DNA of 64,000 bases from Lingula anatina. Taxonomy: Eukaryota; Animalia; Brachiopoda. Positions 26,076-39,900 of the stretch are shown here, one piece after another. Position numbers and translations under genes: made by a program. Positions within the stretch are counted from its first letter, which is position 1. Every line of letters begins with the position of its first letter. The DNA is taken from contig CM120640.1 of assembly GCA_051362555.1 (NCBI GenBank), positions 54,290,788 to 54,354,787 of the forward strand, given 5' to 3'. A model generated the notes under the pieces. The model was not told the DNA's origin. It made no database searches and saw only the letters and a program-made list of their open reading frames with translations.

Positions 26076-29000
26076 ACTTACCAAAATCCAAATCTTATGC
26101 ATATAAATATACCTTTACCTATGATCATGCAGCAATTCAAAACTCAGAGCAGCTACTGGAAGGTATGATCTGCTCTATTTTTCAAGACAGACTAACTGCA
26201 TCTGATGACATGAAACCTCTCATGCTTTGGTTTATTCAGCAATCAATATATTGCAATGACAGCAGCCTTCAAACCATTCCACTTCACTTTATCCAACTGA
26301 GATAACTGCAACAAAGGTAAATCACTTCCCCTTCGTTTTTTCCATGTAATATTACATGCAGTCCTCATATTCCATTAAATATATCATGAATATAATCATG
26401 ATATTAAATCAAGCTATAAATGGAGATGTAATGAATAGCAGTAAGCAAATGGTAATTTACTGTAGCCCTAAGCAGTTCTATTGAAATGTGTAGAAACACA
26501 TGGAAATTATAATAAAACATAATAATAATAAGAACAATTATAATAATATGTTTTTAAATACACATTTTTCTATAACAAAATTGCATTTAGACTTTTTATT
26601 AACATCAGAATGATGTGGAAAAGAAAGGGCTTTCAGACAACAAAACCTAATTTTAATTTTTGACACTATTGTGATATGCATATAGAGTATGAATTTAAAA
26701 ACTTTTTATCAATCCCTATCTATATTCCTTTCCTTAAAGAAGGAAAATGGTATTCTGCAATATACCAAGACTTGATCATTGAGTCACTGTCACTTTCCTA
26801 CGGAAGGATTGACGTAATATGAAACTACAGGCAAAAATTGCGTTTTGCCTGAAGACTTCACCAGATGCAAGAAGAGCCCTGCACGCAATAAGAGCACATT
26901 ACACAAGATTCAAACACATGACCTATGAAACCTAAAACATAAATATAATAACATAATGATGGCTCTAATACTGGAATAAGACTCTAGATCTTGCCCCACC
27001 CTTTCTCTTTATCAGCAGATTATAACAAGGAGCAGACTACTTACAGATTTTCATCAAATAATAATTATTCCTATAAAGCTTCTATTTACACTGTAAAACC
27101 AAGCTGACTTACTAAAAAGAACTAGCCCTGAGCCAAGGTAAATATATATATAGTCCTGAGACTACTAGATAATTATTACTTGCAGTATGGATTTCCCATC
27201 ATTTCTCCATGTTATAAGTGCTAAAACTGGAGGTTTTTTTTTTACTCATACATTTCCAACTTGCCTTTCATGTTAACCTATTGTCTGATGGACTGTTGCC
27301 TCCTTTTTACCTACACTACTTAATTAATATTAATATCGAGACAAACACCAGTCTTAGAATGCCAGTGTTGACAGTCTCTATAATATGTATCCAGAACTGT
27401 TTGAATAACCTTTACTAAAGGTTCCTTGGGGGCAATAGTCCAAGACATGTAATTCCATTATAGCAAGATAATTATGTCACACAGTTTTTCATTTGAGGGC
27501 TAGACTGTTAATTCATTTTCCTGGTAATTGGACATAACATTTCAAGGATAATATGTAACAGTTTGCTGAGGAAGTAATTTATTCAGTTACTTCAGATGTA
27601 TATGTTAAAACCAAAAAACAAACGCTTAGGCACGGTCAGCTCACGACTCCTATCTTCCAATTCAGTAACGGTTAACATAAACTGATCCTGGCATAACCGA
27701 GCTATTTCGAACAATAAATTATTTTTCAGTTAACAATGTGTAAAATTAAGCTCTTGTTCAGGAAGTTAACATCAAAAGATTCTAGTTTTAAAATACTTGG
27801 ATACTATATTTAGTTCCTTGGCAATATCAATGCAGTCAAGAGAAAGTTCTCTAATCATCAGTTTGGCTTCCTCTATCGGTTGGTTTTGATATTACATATC
27901 AGTATATTACAGCAATAAATACTAACATAATGAGAGTATGAAAAACTTTTTAAACAAAAGATTCAAATAGAAATAATAATAAAATAATTTATCAGTTGAA
28001 ACTTGAAAGTAAAAACAAGTTGGCTGACAAACAAAGATACCTTATCAACTTCTTCCATATTTTTTTCCATTTGTGTTTCTGTGTATGTCCCATAATTGTT
28101 TAAACAGTCTCCTTGTCAACAAATTCATTTTATATGCAGATATAGGATATACAATTTGCAATTTCCTCATGTCCTGGAAACAGCTTGAATCATCAGCCAC
28201 AACTTTTTGTTGACACTGTATTGTGCAATCCAGAATATGAAATTCACATTGGGGTTGCTATTAAACCTTCTTGAAATTGTTATAACAATGCATAATATAT
28301 ACAGTATATACCAGACATTCTGCATCAATAATTATACATCTAACATTTATAATGGCTACTCCCTTATTCATAATTTGACTGCTAACACTTAATATCTTAC
28401 AGGAAATATTTGACCTCATTCGACAATTAACATACCAACACTAGGCTAAACATAGAATCATTTTGTCCAACAGGTGTAGTCTAGCGATTCAAAAACTAAA
28501 GAATTGTCTCATTCCTATGGGAATTATAGCATAACAATTAATTCTAAATACATGTTTTTTGTTTGATATTGGAGCACATGTTAGAGCTGGTTTCACCCAA
28601 AAAAATTCAATAAGACAGTTAGGACCACCTGTGAATTGGTATACCAGTGCATCCATCAGTGTAACCACACCAGGATGTTATTTACAGCATGGGAATATAT
28701 GAAACTAAATATATTTTTTCCAAGAAACACACTCCCTTGTTCCTGTAAAAATTTTCCAAACAAAGCAGATTTTCATACATAAATTACTGGATTTAGCCTG
28801 ATTGTGGAACTGACCCAGTTCTCTCATTCAAGATGATACAGAGAAAAGTAATTTCATCAAGCTTATAATGACTGCATTCTTATAAACCCATCGTACTAGC
28901 TGGACCAATCTAACTCTGCAGGGCTTCTTGCTAAAGTTCTTTCGGTGTAATAAGCTGAATTGTCTGGCAAGCCTCCTTGAGTAACAAGGGAATAACTGCA

Positions 29001-32000
29001 TGACTACCCCCACAGCAGGCTTGCCAAACATTTCAGCTGCTTACACTGAATGCAATATAGCAAGAATCCCCACAAAGTTAGATTGATCCAGCTAGTATGA
29101 TGAGATTAAGGGATGCTCCCTACCTGATCAGATTGCCTGCATTTACACACCTTGACAAAAAATTCTCATTGAAATGTAATTGACTTTCTTTTTGTTATGT
29201 TATGAATTTACACCCGTCAAAAGGTGAAAGTTGTTTATTTAGTAGCTGTGACATATCTCATGTACTGGAAGCATGTTAGGCTAGCTTGGAATGTCTGAGC
29301 TTGATTGAAGGAGAGGAAGATATGCAGATATAAACAAAATGCTGTTATAAAAAGTGCTAAAAATGGAGCTGATATGAGTGTAAATAAATAAGAAAACCAC
29401 CTGCTGCATTATTTATAATGCTGTCCCATGCACCAAAAGGTGAAACCGTCAGAAAACAACAATTAATAACTGCACCTGTCTGTGCATGAAACACTGTAAT
29501 GCAGAAGTTAGATTTCTTATCTATTCACACTTTTTCACTTCTAATAAAATTTCAATCAAATTTGCTTTAAAACATAACCAATAGTTCTCTTATAACAAAA
29601 TAAACAAAGCATTTTTGTAAATCTATAGAATTTCAGTTTTCATAAGTTTAATTTGCTTTAAAAAGTAGAACCAAATGTTTCAACAAAATGAATAAGCTGG
29701 TCTGATTTGTAGCCTGCACAGTACAATAGAAAGAAGGTATGGTTGACTTGACTAGTTCAATAATTTACCCAACTTTCATTATAATACAAAGATTATGCAA
29801 TCCCAACAATAACTGTCTGTGCTTGTGTACTCACCTGTTCTGTGGTGCACTATTGACCCTAGATCCCGGGACACATGCAGTTATTTCTTGAACCACCAAC
29901 TCAACTTTATTTTGATATCACTTACCCACAAGCAGACAATTGAAACAATTTAACAGTATGGAGACAACTACATGAGATATAAATATGACCTTGCAGGAAA
30001 ACGGCATATTTATATATACTACCAATATCATAAAGAAGTGGATCAATATTGCACTGTTTAAATACACAAGATATAAATACTGATAACTGTTGACAGTTAA
30101 CTTACCTATTGAAGTTTATGCTGGTGCTGGAAATCCTAGTTTTTTTCTTTGATTTTTTCTTTTTATCATTTCTGTCTTTAAAGTTGTCTTTTGTCTTGAA
30201 AGCTGCCAGCATTTTGATGACCATTGCTACATGCAGAATTGATTTCTTCTCAACAGTCAACTTGAAACATTGATTCATTTGAAAAAGTAGGTGATTATTT
30301 TTGCCCACCTTAAATGTTCAAGTAAATGTCATCTTTCTTCCTGCAATATTTATAAGTGAATGTGCCAGAATATAGGCAAACACACAAAACTAAATTCATG
30401 GATCTGAAAAAAAGAGTTCTGATGCCTTATAAGGCCTTATGTAAGATTAGAGGGTATTCCTTCATCAACCACATCATTTGCAGGTTAAGTGTTACTAAAT
30501 AAGATGTCTCTTCTGTCTCCTTATGAAAGTTTTACTATTCACTTGCATAGTTGCCTCAATACCCCAGGACCTCCCAGCAGCTGTCCTGCAATCAACCATC
30601 TTCATCCTGACTTAAACCTTCTTGGCAGATCAAATATTCAATACCTTTATCAAGTTAGCCAAAAGCCAGATACTGTGTTTCAACAGAATTATTTTCTCTC
30701 TTGCTCTTTATGTACATACTGGACGGCTCAGCAATTTAAACAGGCAAGAGCTATAGATTCAGATCCAGTGTGTTACTGATTAGCTATTAATAAAAGATTA
30801 TCATGGTGAATATCAGTGCTACCATCATCATCCAGATGGGCCAGTCAGCAACATCCCCAATACTCTTCAGCTCCAGCATTGGGCCCAGAGGCACCTCTGA
30901 CGATTGCACAATTTAAAATTTCGCAATCCCTTAAAACACTCGGCAGTTTCTAATCAATACACGCCACATGACCTATATGTTGACGGGAGCCTGTGTACAC
31001 CAACCTGTGTATACAACATAATTCCTGCATTAAACTACAAAGGCCTTGATTTGTATAATCCGCCTATCAGCTGACCCCACCACACCATAATGGAGAACCA
31101 ATCACAGCTGGTGGTGAGGGTGACTGATAGCCTGTGTCCTGGGCCAGACATATATGTATGTGAACAGGCATTCCTGGAGAGGTGATAACTTACTGCAATA
31201 CACAGGGCTTTAGATAAACATAATATTTTTAAATAGATTTATTTATATTAAATCAGAACATGATATGGCGCATCAATGGATTCTAACATGCTTAAATTTA
31301 AGTTGATATTGTACAATTTTTCATGTGCATCTGTACAGCATTAAGGTGGGATGTAGATTGAAAAGATGCTGGGTCACAGGTGAGAAAATTGATTGGGGGG
31401 TGGGGGGGGGGGGGAGGGGGGGATGCACAGATTGAGGATCTTGTCAATATCACATGTATGTAAGAGTACCTGTCATTTAAACTTCTCCATTTTAGGTCTG
31501 CAACCAGTGCAAACAGTCTTGGTGCAGAAAAGCTATTATACGTACATTATATGTATATAAGTCATGTTGACCCAGCATAGAGGGCTTTACACTGGGGTCA
31601 TAAAGTAGAGCTCTTCACGCTGTTGTATTTACCTGAAGTCAAAACAAATGCTATGTTTTGTGCATTTAACAGTAAAGGTACTTTACTCTAGGACTGTTTA
31701 CATGGTTTGTTGATAACTACACAAATAGATCCTGTACTGTAATCTTTTGTAATTCTATATTTCAACAGAAGAAACAATTAATTTATTGATAATAAACATG
31801 GAAAAAAAATCAAAATATGATATCATGCACGGAGGTAAATAATGATGAAATATATAAAAAGAATTTCAGTTGAAAATGATCAAGTAAATGAAGTAATAAT
31901 ACTAATATACATGTAATGTTTAATGGATGTGGACCGTAAAGATGGAGCGCAAGATCTTAATATCATAAAAAATATTTTGCTGGACATTTCATAACTTTCT

Positions 32001-33939
32001 CTTTTCCACCAAGGCATGACACTTCCAAACCAATTGACAAAATCATGTTCTATATAAACACTATCTTAAAGGAGACCGTGAGTCAGGTAAATTGTGCTCC
32101 TATAAAAAATGTAAACTTGTGAGCATTGTACGTATACCTTCAGGGAATAGGTGATTACACCTTGGGCAATTTGTTGTCCTAAGACAAAACAATTAAACAC
32201 ATTATTCTAAAGAATGGGATTAAATAATACTATGATTTGGGGAAAGTGAGTAACATTAGGCATATAGGTAAAATTATTAAACATGCTTTTGATACATATC
32301 TAACTAAATTGTTATACACCAATAGCTTGTTTCCTTTACCTAATTAATTGGAAAACATAAAATGTAAAAAAAATAAAAGTTATATATCAAAAATATATTG
32401 CACCATAATAATAAAGGATGCAAAACAATCAGGGTGATATCAACTTTGACTTGTTTTTTTTATATCCTATGATCCTCTCTCAGTTTGACTGTAATAAAAA
32501 CACTGTTTTCCTTTCATTTTGCTTACAGGCAAAAATTTCATGTAAATGCAAGGTGAGAGCAAAATTACTGGTAATGGTGACAACAGATACAGGTGATGTC
32601 TTTATGATCAGACACATTTTGTCTCCCCATAAAACCATCTGCAAAGGAAGAGAAAGGCCTAAGTATCATCAAGTACTTTGCCCCCCCCCCCCCCCCCCCA
32701 AAAAAAAAAAAATGATAATGAAAAAAAATGAATAAGATAGTAAAAATTCTGAATACTGGTCTCAACCAACCCCCACCTGATAAACTTAGATTGCCTTGCC
32801 TTAAACATCTGCAGTCTAAAATGAGCAACTGTGCTCTGCGTGCTTTCCCTTGTGATAGTAATTATTGAAATAATCTTATTACTACAGCCCACAAACTTGC
32901 TAATTATATCTCTGAGCTCAATTGCCCATCTCTTTAGGAATGGGATGTGCTGGTCACTTCTGTATCTACTAGTCATTACTATACATATGTTATAACTGTT
33001 GTGCAACATCTATACCCTAGACTCTTAACAACATATATCACCACAGCAATCAATATCTTTGAAAGTAATCTGTGGAAAATGTATTAATTTCCATTCAATT
33101 TTTTCCCCTTTTTTCCCTAATCTCCTACTAATTCAGATGTTGCACATATACTGAATATGAATGAAGTTTTATGTTATTTTTGTTCAGTCAGTTTGGAATT
33201 TACTAAGGAAAGTTTTTAAATTCATTTTATGACTTATTAATCTTCAAACATCTGTCTAAGGCACTTTATATTTTTCAGATCAGATTCTTAAATAGATGTG
33301 GAAAAATTGTCAACTCTTTATCAAAATCAAACTGACATATATGTCATATATGCATGTAAATATTCAAGCTACTCACAGCATTGGGGGGTCCAGTGACAAC
33401 TCTGCCACAATCCCAGTTGCATGTGTGGCCAAAACACTGACAACTTCTCTGCTGTCTTTACTGTTTTTCCATGGCAGCTTAAAATGTTTGTGATGATCAT
33501 GATCTTTATGTTTCTTTCCATACTTCCTCAGTGATTTTGGAGATTGATTGGGTGTGTCATCACCAGACATGTTATCTTTTGGGCTTCCTTTCCTTTTTAA
33601 CTTGATTGTTGACAATGATGTGACTGTATCCTCATGGCTTTGACTTGAACCGCTGGAATCATGATGGAGAGGAGGTATCAACAATGGCAAAACCTGAGAC
33701 TTGCTTTCACTTTCTATTGTTGTTGAAGATTTTTTGTTGCGCTTTTGAAAAGTTGGTGAAGAATGGCAAGAAGTGTCACTTTCCTCACTCCTGTCTTTGA
33801 GATATTTTTTTCTTAAAAAGTTTGGTGATAATCTATGTAGCTTGTGACGTATTTCTCTAACATCCATATGGTGCATGTGGTGCTTGTTTCTATGCTTTGG
33901 TGAAAGCTTTGGAGAGCACTCAGCTGATTTGGACATCAT
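16890..33939 (-). CDS. GRAMD2B: GRAM domain-containing protein 2/3-like (GRAM + C-terminal TM + coiled coil, no VASt), ~641 aa
   Basis: 13 phase-consistent exons: 33939-33377, 25103-24915, 23225-23103, 22025-21977, 21736-21643, 21484-21381, 19780-19685, 19496-19392, 18786-18585, 18369-18276, 17708-17598, 17356-17251, 16979-16890 (TGA); 1926 nt. GRAM domain FHRLFPDIPHNEHALNYYSCALVSDILIPGSLYVSENWVCFHSKLFG...RERTAFIIPNAIGIST...HVFGSLMSRDSTY. TM segment LHFVLVVCSLMALFLLVSGAVLTY. Probably a co-ortholog of GRAMD2A/2B. Confidence 0.88.
17072..17243. repeat. 86-bp tandem duplication in the last intron of the GRAM gene
   Basis: 17072-17157 repeated at 17158-17243, apparently identical. Confidence 0.95.
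26041..26072. repeat. (TG)n microsatellite
   Basis: About 16 TG units. Confidence 0.97.
28875..29115. mobile_element. Foldback MITE, family A copy 2
   Basis: CCCATCGTACTAGCTGGACCAATCTAACT (28887-28915) pairs with AGTTAGATTGATCCAGCTAGTATGATGAG (29076-29104). Inner arms are also complementary (TTCTTGCTA/TAGCAAGAA, GGCAAGCCT/AGGCTTGCC). Confidence 0.8.
30106..30340 (-). CDS. Candidate alternative N-terminal coding exon of the GRAM gene (lysine-rich)
   Basis: Open frame ...MLAAFKTKDNFKDRNDKKKKSKKKTRISSTSINFN ends AG|GTAAGT in phase 2, matching the phase-2 acceptor at 25103. TTGCAG acceptor near 30341. Confidence 0.5.
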
Positions 33940-36872
33940 TAAATCCTGGGGAAAAGAAACAGAAAAAAATATGTTATCATGATATTGGATGTGAATTTCA
34001 TTTTAGGTACTGTGATCAATGCTGATTACATACTTTTCTGAAATGTGTTAGGTGAGAAAGGAGTGCTATGCCTGGGAAAAGACCATTGTGCCAGCTAGCA
34101 CTGTAGCCAAGTTAATGTTGTTACATGTTACATGATTAGAGCCCCATGGCAATCCAGCATGAAGTCTTGATACTTTGATAGATATTTTATTTATTCTGAA
34201 TTGTGAGCAGAAGCACAAAAAGATAAAGAAAACATTTCTGTCACAATTTCAGCAAAAGCATTAAAAATGAAATTGGAGAGATAAACATATATACAATATA
34301 ATATAGTTAGTATATTTGTTTGCCCAAAAGCTATATGACTGATCTGAAATCCAAGTTCATAAACTTCGGTCTCAAGCCTGCTGTAAGCAGACAGTAACAC
34401 TGAAGGTGTTTTACTACTGAAGAACCTGCCTGTTGATCAGGTAACAGGTCAGATTTGATCATGCAGCGAGACTAACATTTTCCTTGTTGAAATAGTGTTT
34501 GATAAACAATATTGTCTTCTGCAAAGGGGAGGGGGGGGGGGGGGGTCAGGGCACCTCCCCCGTAAGCCTCTGGGTCTGCCCTTCATACTTCTACCAGTAC
34601 AATTTGCAACACAATCTTAGTTTTCATTTTATCTGTCTACAATCATCCTTTTATATGTCATAATGCAGGCACATATTAGGTTAGCAGAGTATTCTCTTAA
34701 GGGAGGAAATCCATTACATTCATAAGTCATGAACTGCTATGTAGACAAACAAAATGTTCACTATGCAGTGATAATAATATATCTAGTGTCATCAAAGGTG
34801 AACTTAATGCATGCATTTCTACTTCCATTAAATTACATTAGGCAATAAACTTATAGTTGATAGACAGTCAAATTACTGGGATGATGAAAAGAAAATATTT
34901 TCAACTGAAACCATTCAGCAGCAATGTTCTCTTAGGATCAGTGGTTTTCTTTGCATTTGTCCAATTCTTGTGCACAATTGATTCCTAAGACCATTTAAAT
35001 ATCCCACTGATGGGTTTAACTTGAACAAAAATTATAATAATAATGCCCAATTATCTGTTTTATAAGATGCTGAGAGCTTCTTAGGCAATCAATACCTCAA
35101 TAAATGTAATAAAAAGATTCTTGTCAACCCTGCTTTGACCTTGTTTTGGATGACTCTAAAATATTATCACTCTTTCAAATGTTGAACTATTCCCTTCACC
35201 TAAAACCAACCACAAATTGCACATTTACATATGCAGCACCACTTATTCGTGTTACAGTATATATCTGTGCATTAAATATATACCTTATGTTTTAAATCTC
35301 TTCTTATGTTTTTTCTTTTCTTTGATTCAGTCACATATTCTCATTTTGGCCTTAAACAAGACCTGAATCTTTTCTATAGTTTAACATGTTGTAATGCTTT
35401 CAAATACTGTACGTACTTGTACTGTAAAGCAAACACACCTGTCAAGTCCTCACCAGACCTTCATCTAAAACAAAAATCCTATAATGCTATATATCCAATC
35501 TTCCTTTCTACTAGTGCTTCAAGTTCTATGTATGTATATAAATATATATGAATTTAGGTCTAGCGCTTGACGTGTGGCCAAACATTTGGTTTTAAAACAG
35601 ATTAAATAGAGCACATCGAAAGTCTGGTAAGTGGGAGGACAAAGGGGCCAGATAATGACCACATTTGACATTTTTATGTCTCTTCCCTTTTGCATCAATC
35701 TGATTGAGATATAACATTTTCAGGACAGTTAGGATTTGTACTTTTGTGGATGTAAATGTGTATTCAGTATAATCAGAACTGATGACATGACAAAAAATAA
35801 ATAAATCAAATCATGAGAACCAGAGCACTAAAGTTTATAGTGAGAGATGACTGAAAAATGCTCAACCTCTTTCAGATATCCTACACTGGCAGCTAGGAGA
35901 GTACAACTTACAACTCGTTGCATTTTCATGCACCCAAATCATCAATCATTTATTTTCCCTCAAAACAAAACAAAAAAATCAGAACTTCAATAGACACACA
36001 AAAAATAGGAAAATATTCTTCTCTGAGTTTTACCACACATAATGTTCTCAAATGATGTTCTTATTTTGAAAACCAAATGACACCTTGACAATATTCGTTT
36101 TCAAAAACGCATTTATCTTCTATGTACGTACATATCAGGAGAAAGTACTAACAGGTGTATTAAAGAGTATTGCACTTTAAAAAAAACCAACAACTGGGCC
36201 TTCTTAACCTAGGTCATGCTCTCTGTAAAATGGATCAGGTTAAACTAGTCAGAATGAAAAAAAAATCACTCTTAGGCAGGTTAAGACTGAGGGAAAGTTT
36301 CTAAAATATAGCACTAAGCTACCCTGAGTTACAGTAACCTGTTGTAACAGGGAATCTCTGAAAGTCAAGGAGCTTTGAGCATGCTGGTGACAGTATAATG
36401 CTGATGATGAAGCAATTTTATATATGCCTTAATAGGAAATAAATCAGACCTCAATTAAGGATTTCTTCTGGTGATGAGAGCAGTTCAAATAAGGTAAGGT
36501 AATATGAAAAATAAAGAGACAGGTAAGAAATCGTACACAGAGAAAGACAGTTTAGGCATAAAACAAAAAATGAATACAAAAAATCTGTTTACAATTGATT
36601 TTCATACACTTCATGCTTTAGGCAAACTTGGATTGTTCTTTCAAGCTTTCTGCTTAATTAATATATTAATTTGACCTTAACCTTTGTTTATATTTTAACA
36701 TATCCAACTAGATGACTAGGTTTGCTTCTGATAAGAAATATCACATTTGACTTTCTATTGCAGCATAAACTGAAATTGGCATGTCTTCTCGTCAACATTA
36801 TACAGGCTGATTATAACTATAAAAGCATCTTGAATTACTAAAAACTTCATACAGAAGGTTAATGGGTCTTAC

Positions 36873-36941
36873 CTTTTTACTCAGATAAAACTTGTATACA
36901 ATGATTTACTTTGCATCAGTCCAATGTTTCTTCCTGACAAA
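36873..36941 (-). other. Candidate 5'-UTR exon of the GRAM gene
   Basis: TTTTTTTTCTTCCAG acceptor and AAG|GTAAG donor. Contains a short uORF (MQSKSLYTSFI*). The first coding exon has an acceptor at 33945, so upstream exons must exist. Confidence 0.5.
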
Positions 36942-39900
36942 CTGGAAGAAAAAAAATCAGTTTGCTCTTAAGTGACGATAACATTCACTACTTGTATCTG
37001 TGGCGGATTCCACCTACTATAATCAATGGAAGTGCATTGAATGTGCCTTTATATTTATTCTCATGCATATCATATAATAACTATAAATCTCTGAGGTCTC
37101 TTGATGATGTCAGCATTTATGTCAAAACTAAAACAAAAAATGAAAACCTTTAATGTTCCACATAAGCACCATGTGGTATATCAGGAACAAAGCTGAAGAT
37201 TACCTGGATTACACGTTCCATTCTGGGCTTAGGTTAATACTGTCCTAGAAACTGCAGTGTTCACCTGCAGCTCTCAGAAATATAATCCCAGGAAAACCGT
37301 ACTTGTATGCAGGTGGGCCATTAGTAGAGATTAGAAGCAGATTGAGGAGTAAGCTAAACACTGCTGTACATCCGGTATGACATTTAAGGTGGACTCTGTT
37401 AGGCACTAGGTATTCATTTGAATCCTGCACGTTTTAATTTGTTAAAAATGGTCAAAACTGCTATTCTCAGAAAAAAAGTTTTAGTACTGAGTTTAAGTGT
37501 TGGCACCCACTTTGCAACATGCCATAGATCTGGAAATTAGATTGATGAAATTGTGCTAAATCATTAATCACTGACTTTCTATCTAGCATGACTACTTTTG
37601 AAGCTATTTATATTGTTCTCTCTAAAGGTTACTATAGCACAGACAACCATCAATAAATACTTAACCAATAATTGATAGAAGATAATGGATAATATAGGAG
37701 AAATAATGCAACCATACTCTTCTATACCAAGCGTCTGCACATGCAGCATTTCAAAAGTTTCATGCTCAAACATATGACTTCTCTGAATCAAAGTTTTACA
37801 CCAATCAATAAGCATTTCCTGCAAAATTAAATTGCCATCTACAGCACATAGTTTATTTTCACATTACAAGTCAGGAATACATAAATCTTTAATCCATGAT
37901 TTCTTACGTGGTTTTGTATGTCAATTGTAAAATATGTTTGCTTAGTGAGAACCAAAAATGTTTTATTTAAAGGATACCTGATATTAAAATGTTTTTCTTC
38001 TTGACAATTAAAGCATAAAATCATTCCTCCACCTGGACAATTGAAATAATTAACATTTTACCACCACAATACTTTGCATTTGTGGAGTTAGCACTTTTGA
38101 AAAACCCATATACTTTAATTGTCTTAGTCAGAATTTGAACTAATATTTAATTCTACAAAGAGGCCAGTAATGAAAATTGAAGAGCACCATCTGGTTAGGG
38201 ACATAAATCATATCTTCAGCTAAATGTCAAGACACCATTACCAATATGTACAAATAGGTTGTTAATTTCAAGAGAATTGTCAAACTGGGATGTTTTTCCT
38301 TTGAGAATGCTATAGGCTGAGAGTGAGGCTGTACCACAGTGTGCTATCCACACCTGAAACTGGCAAAAAGAGGGAAATCAGCAATCCCAACTTTAACCAG
38401 CAGGATAAATCCATCGTCTCTTCTTTACCTCATAATACTTAATTCACAACTCCATTACTAAAGCAACTGAAGCATCAATCACTATAATATCAGTACAGGA
38501 CACAATTCCCTTGTTATTCAACAATAAAAACAGCAGACAAGGACTCATCACACTGTTACTGTGTTATTACACATTAGAGATAAAGTTACCATGCACTGAT
38601 GTACGTTTCACTGAGTATTTGCTCTGACCTTTTAAAGAACTCTCATGGGATGTCACCCAATTCTGGTTTTGGTTTCCACTTTGGCAATAATGTACCTTTC
38701 TTCAAACCATATCAATCCCAAGTACCTGTAGTAAGTTGTGATGATGAAGACCACTTACTTTGCAACATAAAACATTTATGAAAAAGCTACATATAGCTCT
38801 ACTGTTTCAAAAACAAATCTGGGCCGTTTGGTAAAAAGTCTATGTTACAAAGTAAGTGATCATGTATTACTAAGTGATCAGTAAGTAAGTCACCCAAAGA
38901 CAAAATATAATGGAACCATGAACATCTTATAGAAGACGGCCTTACTGGTTCTAGCTCAAGCCCAATATACTAACCTTGAGTTTCAGAGAATACTCAGGAT
39001 ACTAGAAATGGCAGGGGCATGCTGATAGTAGAGAAAATTAAAGACTTTCCAGCGACCTCTGAATGCTCCAGAAAAACAGTACAATCAGCTTCATACAAAA
39101 TTCCCATTATTCAATTATTCGGGATCTAAGAAGTGACATTTATGAAACATACCATGTAAACATAGATTGCTAATATCTTCTATATAAATAAACCTTGTGA
39201 TATTTTATTTTTAGTGAGCAGATATATCCATGGAAATCTAACAAGATTCATAGCACTGAAACCAAGAACAGTTTCATCTGGACGTATATGACAATAGCTT
39301 TATGAGAGCAAAGTTCATTTTTTAAGATCCAACATAAATCAAGGTAATAAAAAATAGAAGAGTCTAATAGTGATGTTTATAAAATTCCTAGTGATTCTTG
39401 CCCTGCCAAATATATTGGAGAATGATATATGAATTTTGAATATAGGATGAAAGTCTATCCCAATATAATTGGAGGAAACATAATACAGATAGCCTAGGAT
39501 ACTGACTTAATTTTCAGATCAAGTGATATATTACCATAAAAAGGAAAAATCCATTTGTCAAGTATTGATAAGAAAGTGTTAAAGGTGATTTTTTTATTTG
39601 ATCAATTGTTTCATAACACTTTCAAAAGTGTACTTTCTTTTAAAAACATTATTATAATTAGAACATATTATTATTAAGATCAGTATGCAAATCATCAAGT
39701 AATGAAATTCATCATATAGTTTCTTTTCATTAATCATATTGCTTTAGCACCATGACGGTGACTTTAACTAATTACACTGTATTTCATGTAATGATACTTT
39801 GATACCACAGTCTGCACTATACTCCAATTACTTATTCATTTACCAACCCTTCCATCTATCTCTCCACTGATTAAGACTACGGTATCTTTTAAACAACGAC

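Noticed and set aside
29835-29920. CAG|GTGAGT donor as another coding first exon of the GRAM gene
   Set aside because: The phase-2 frame has no ATG after the upstream stop, and the ATG frame terminates early. It could still be non-coding.
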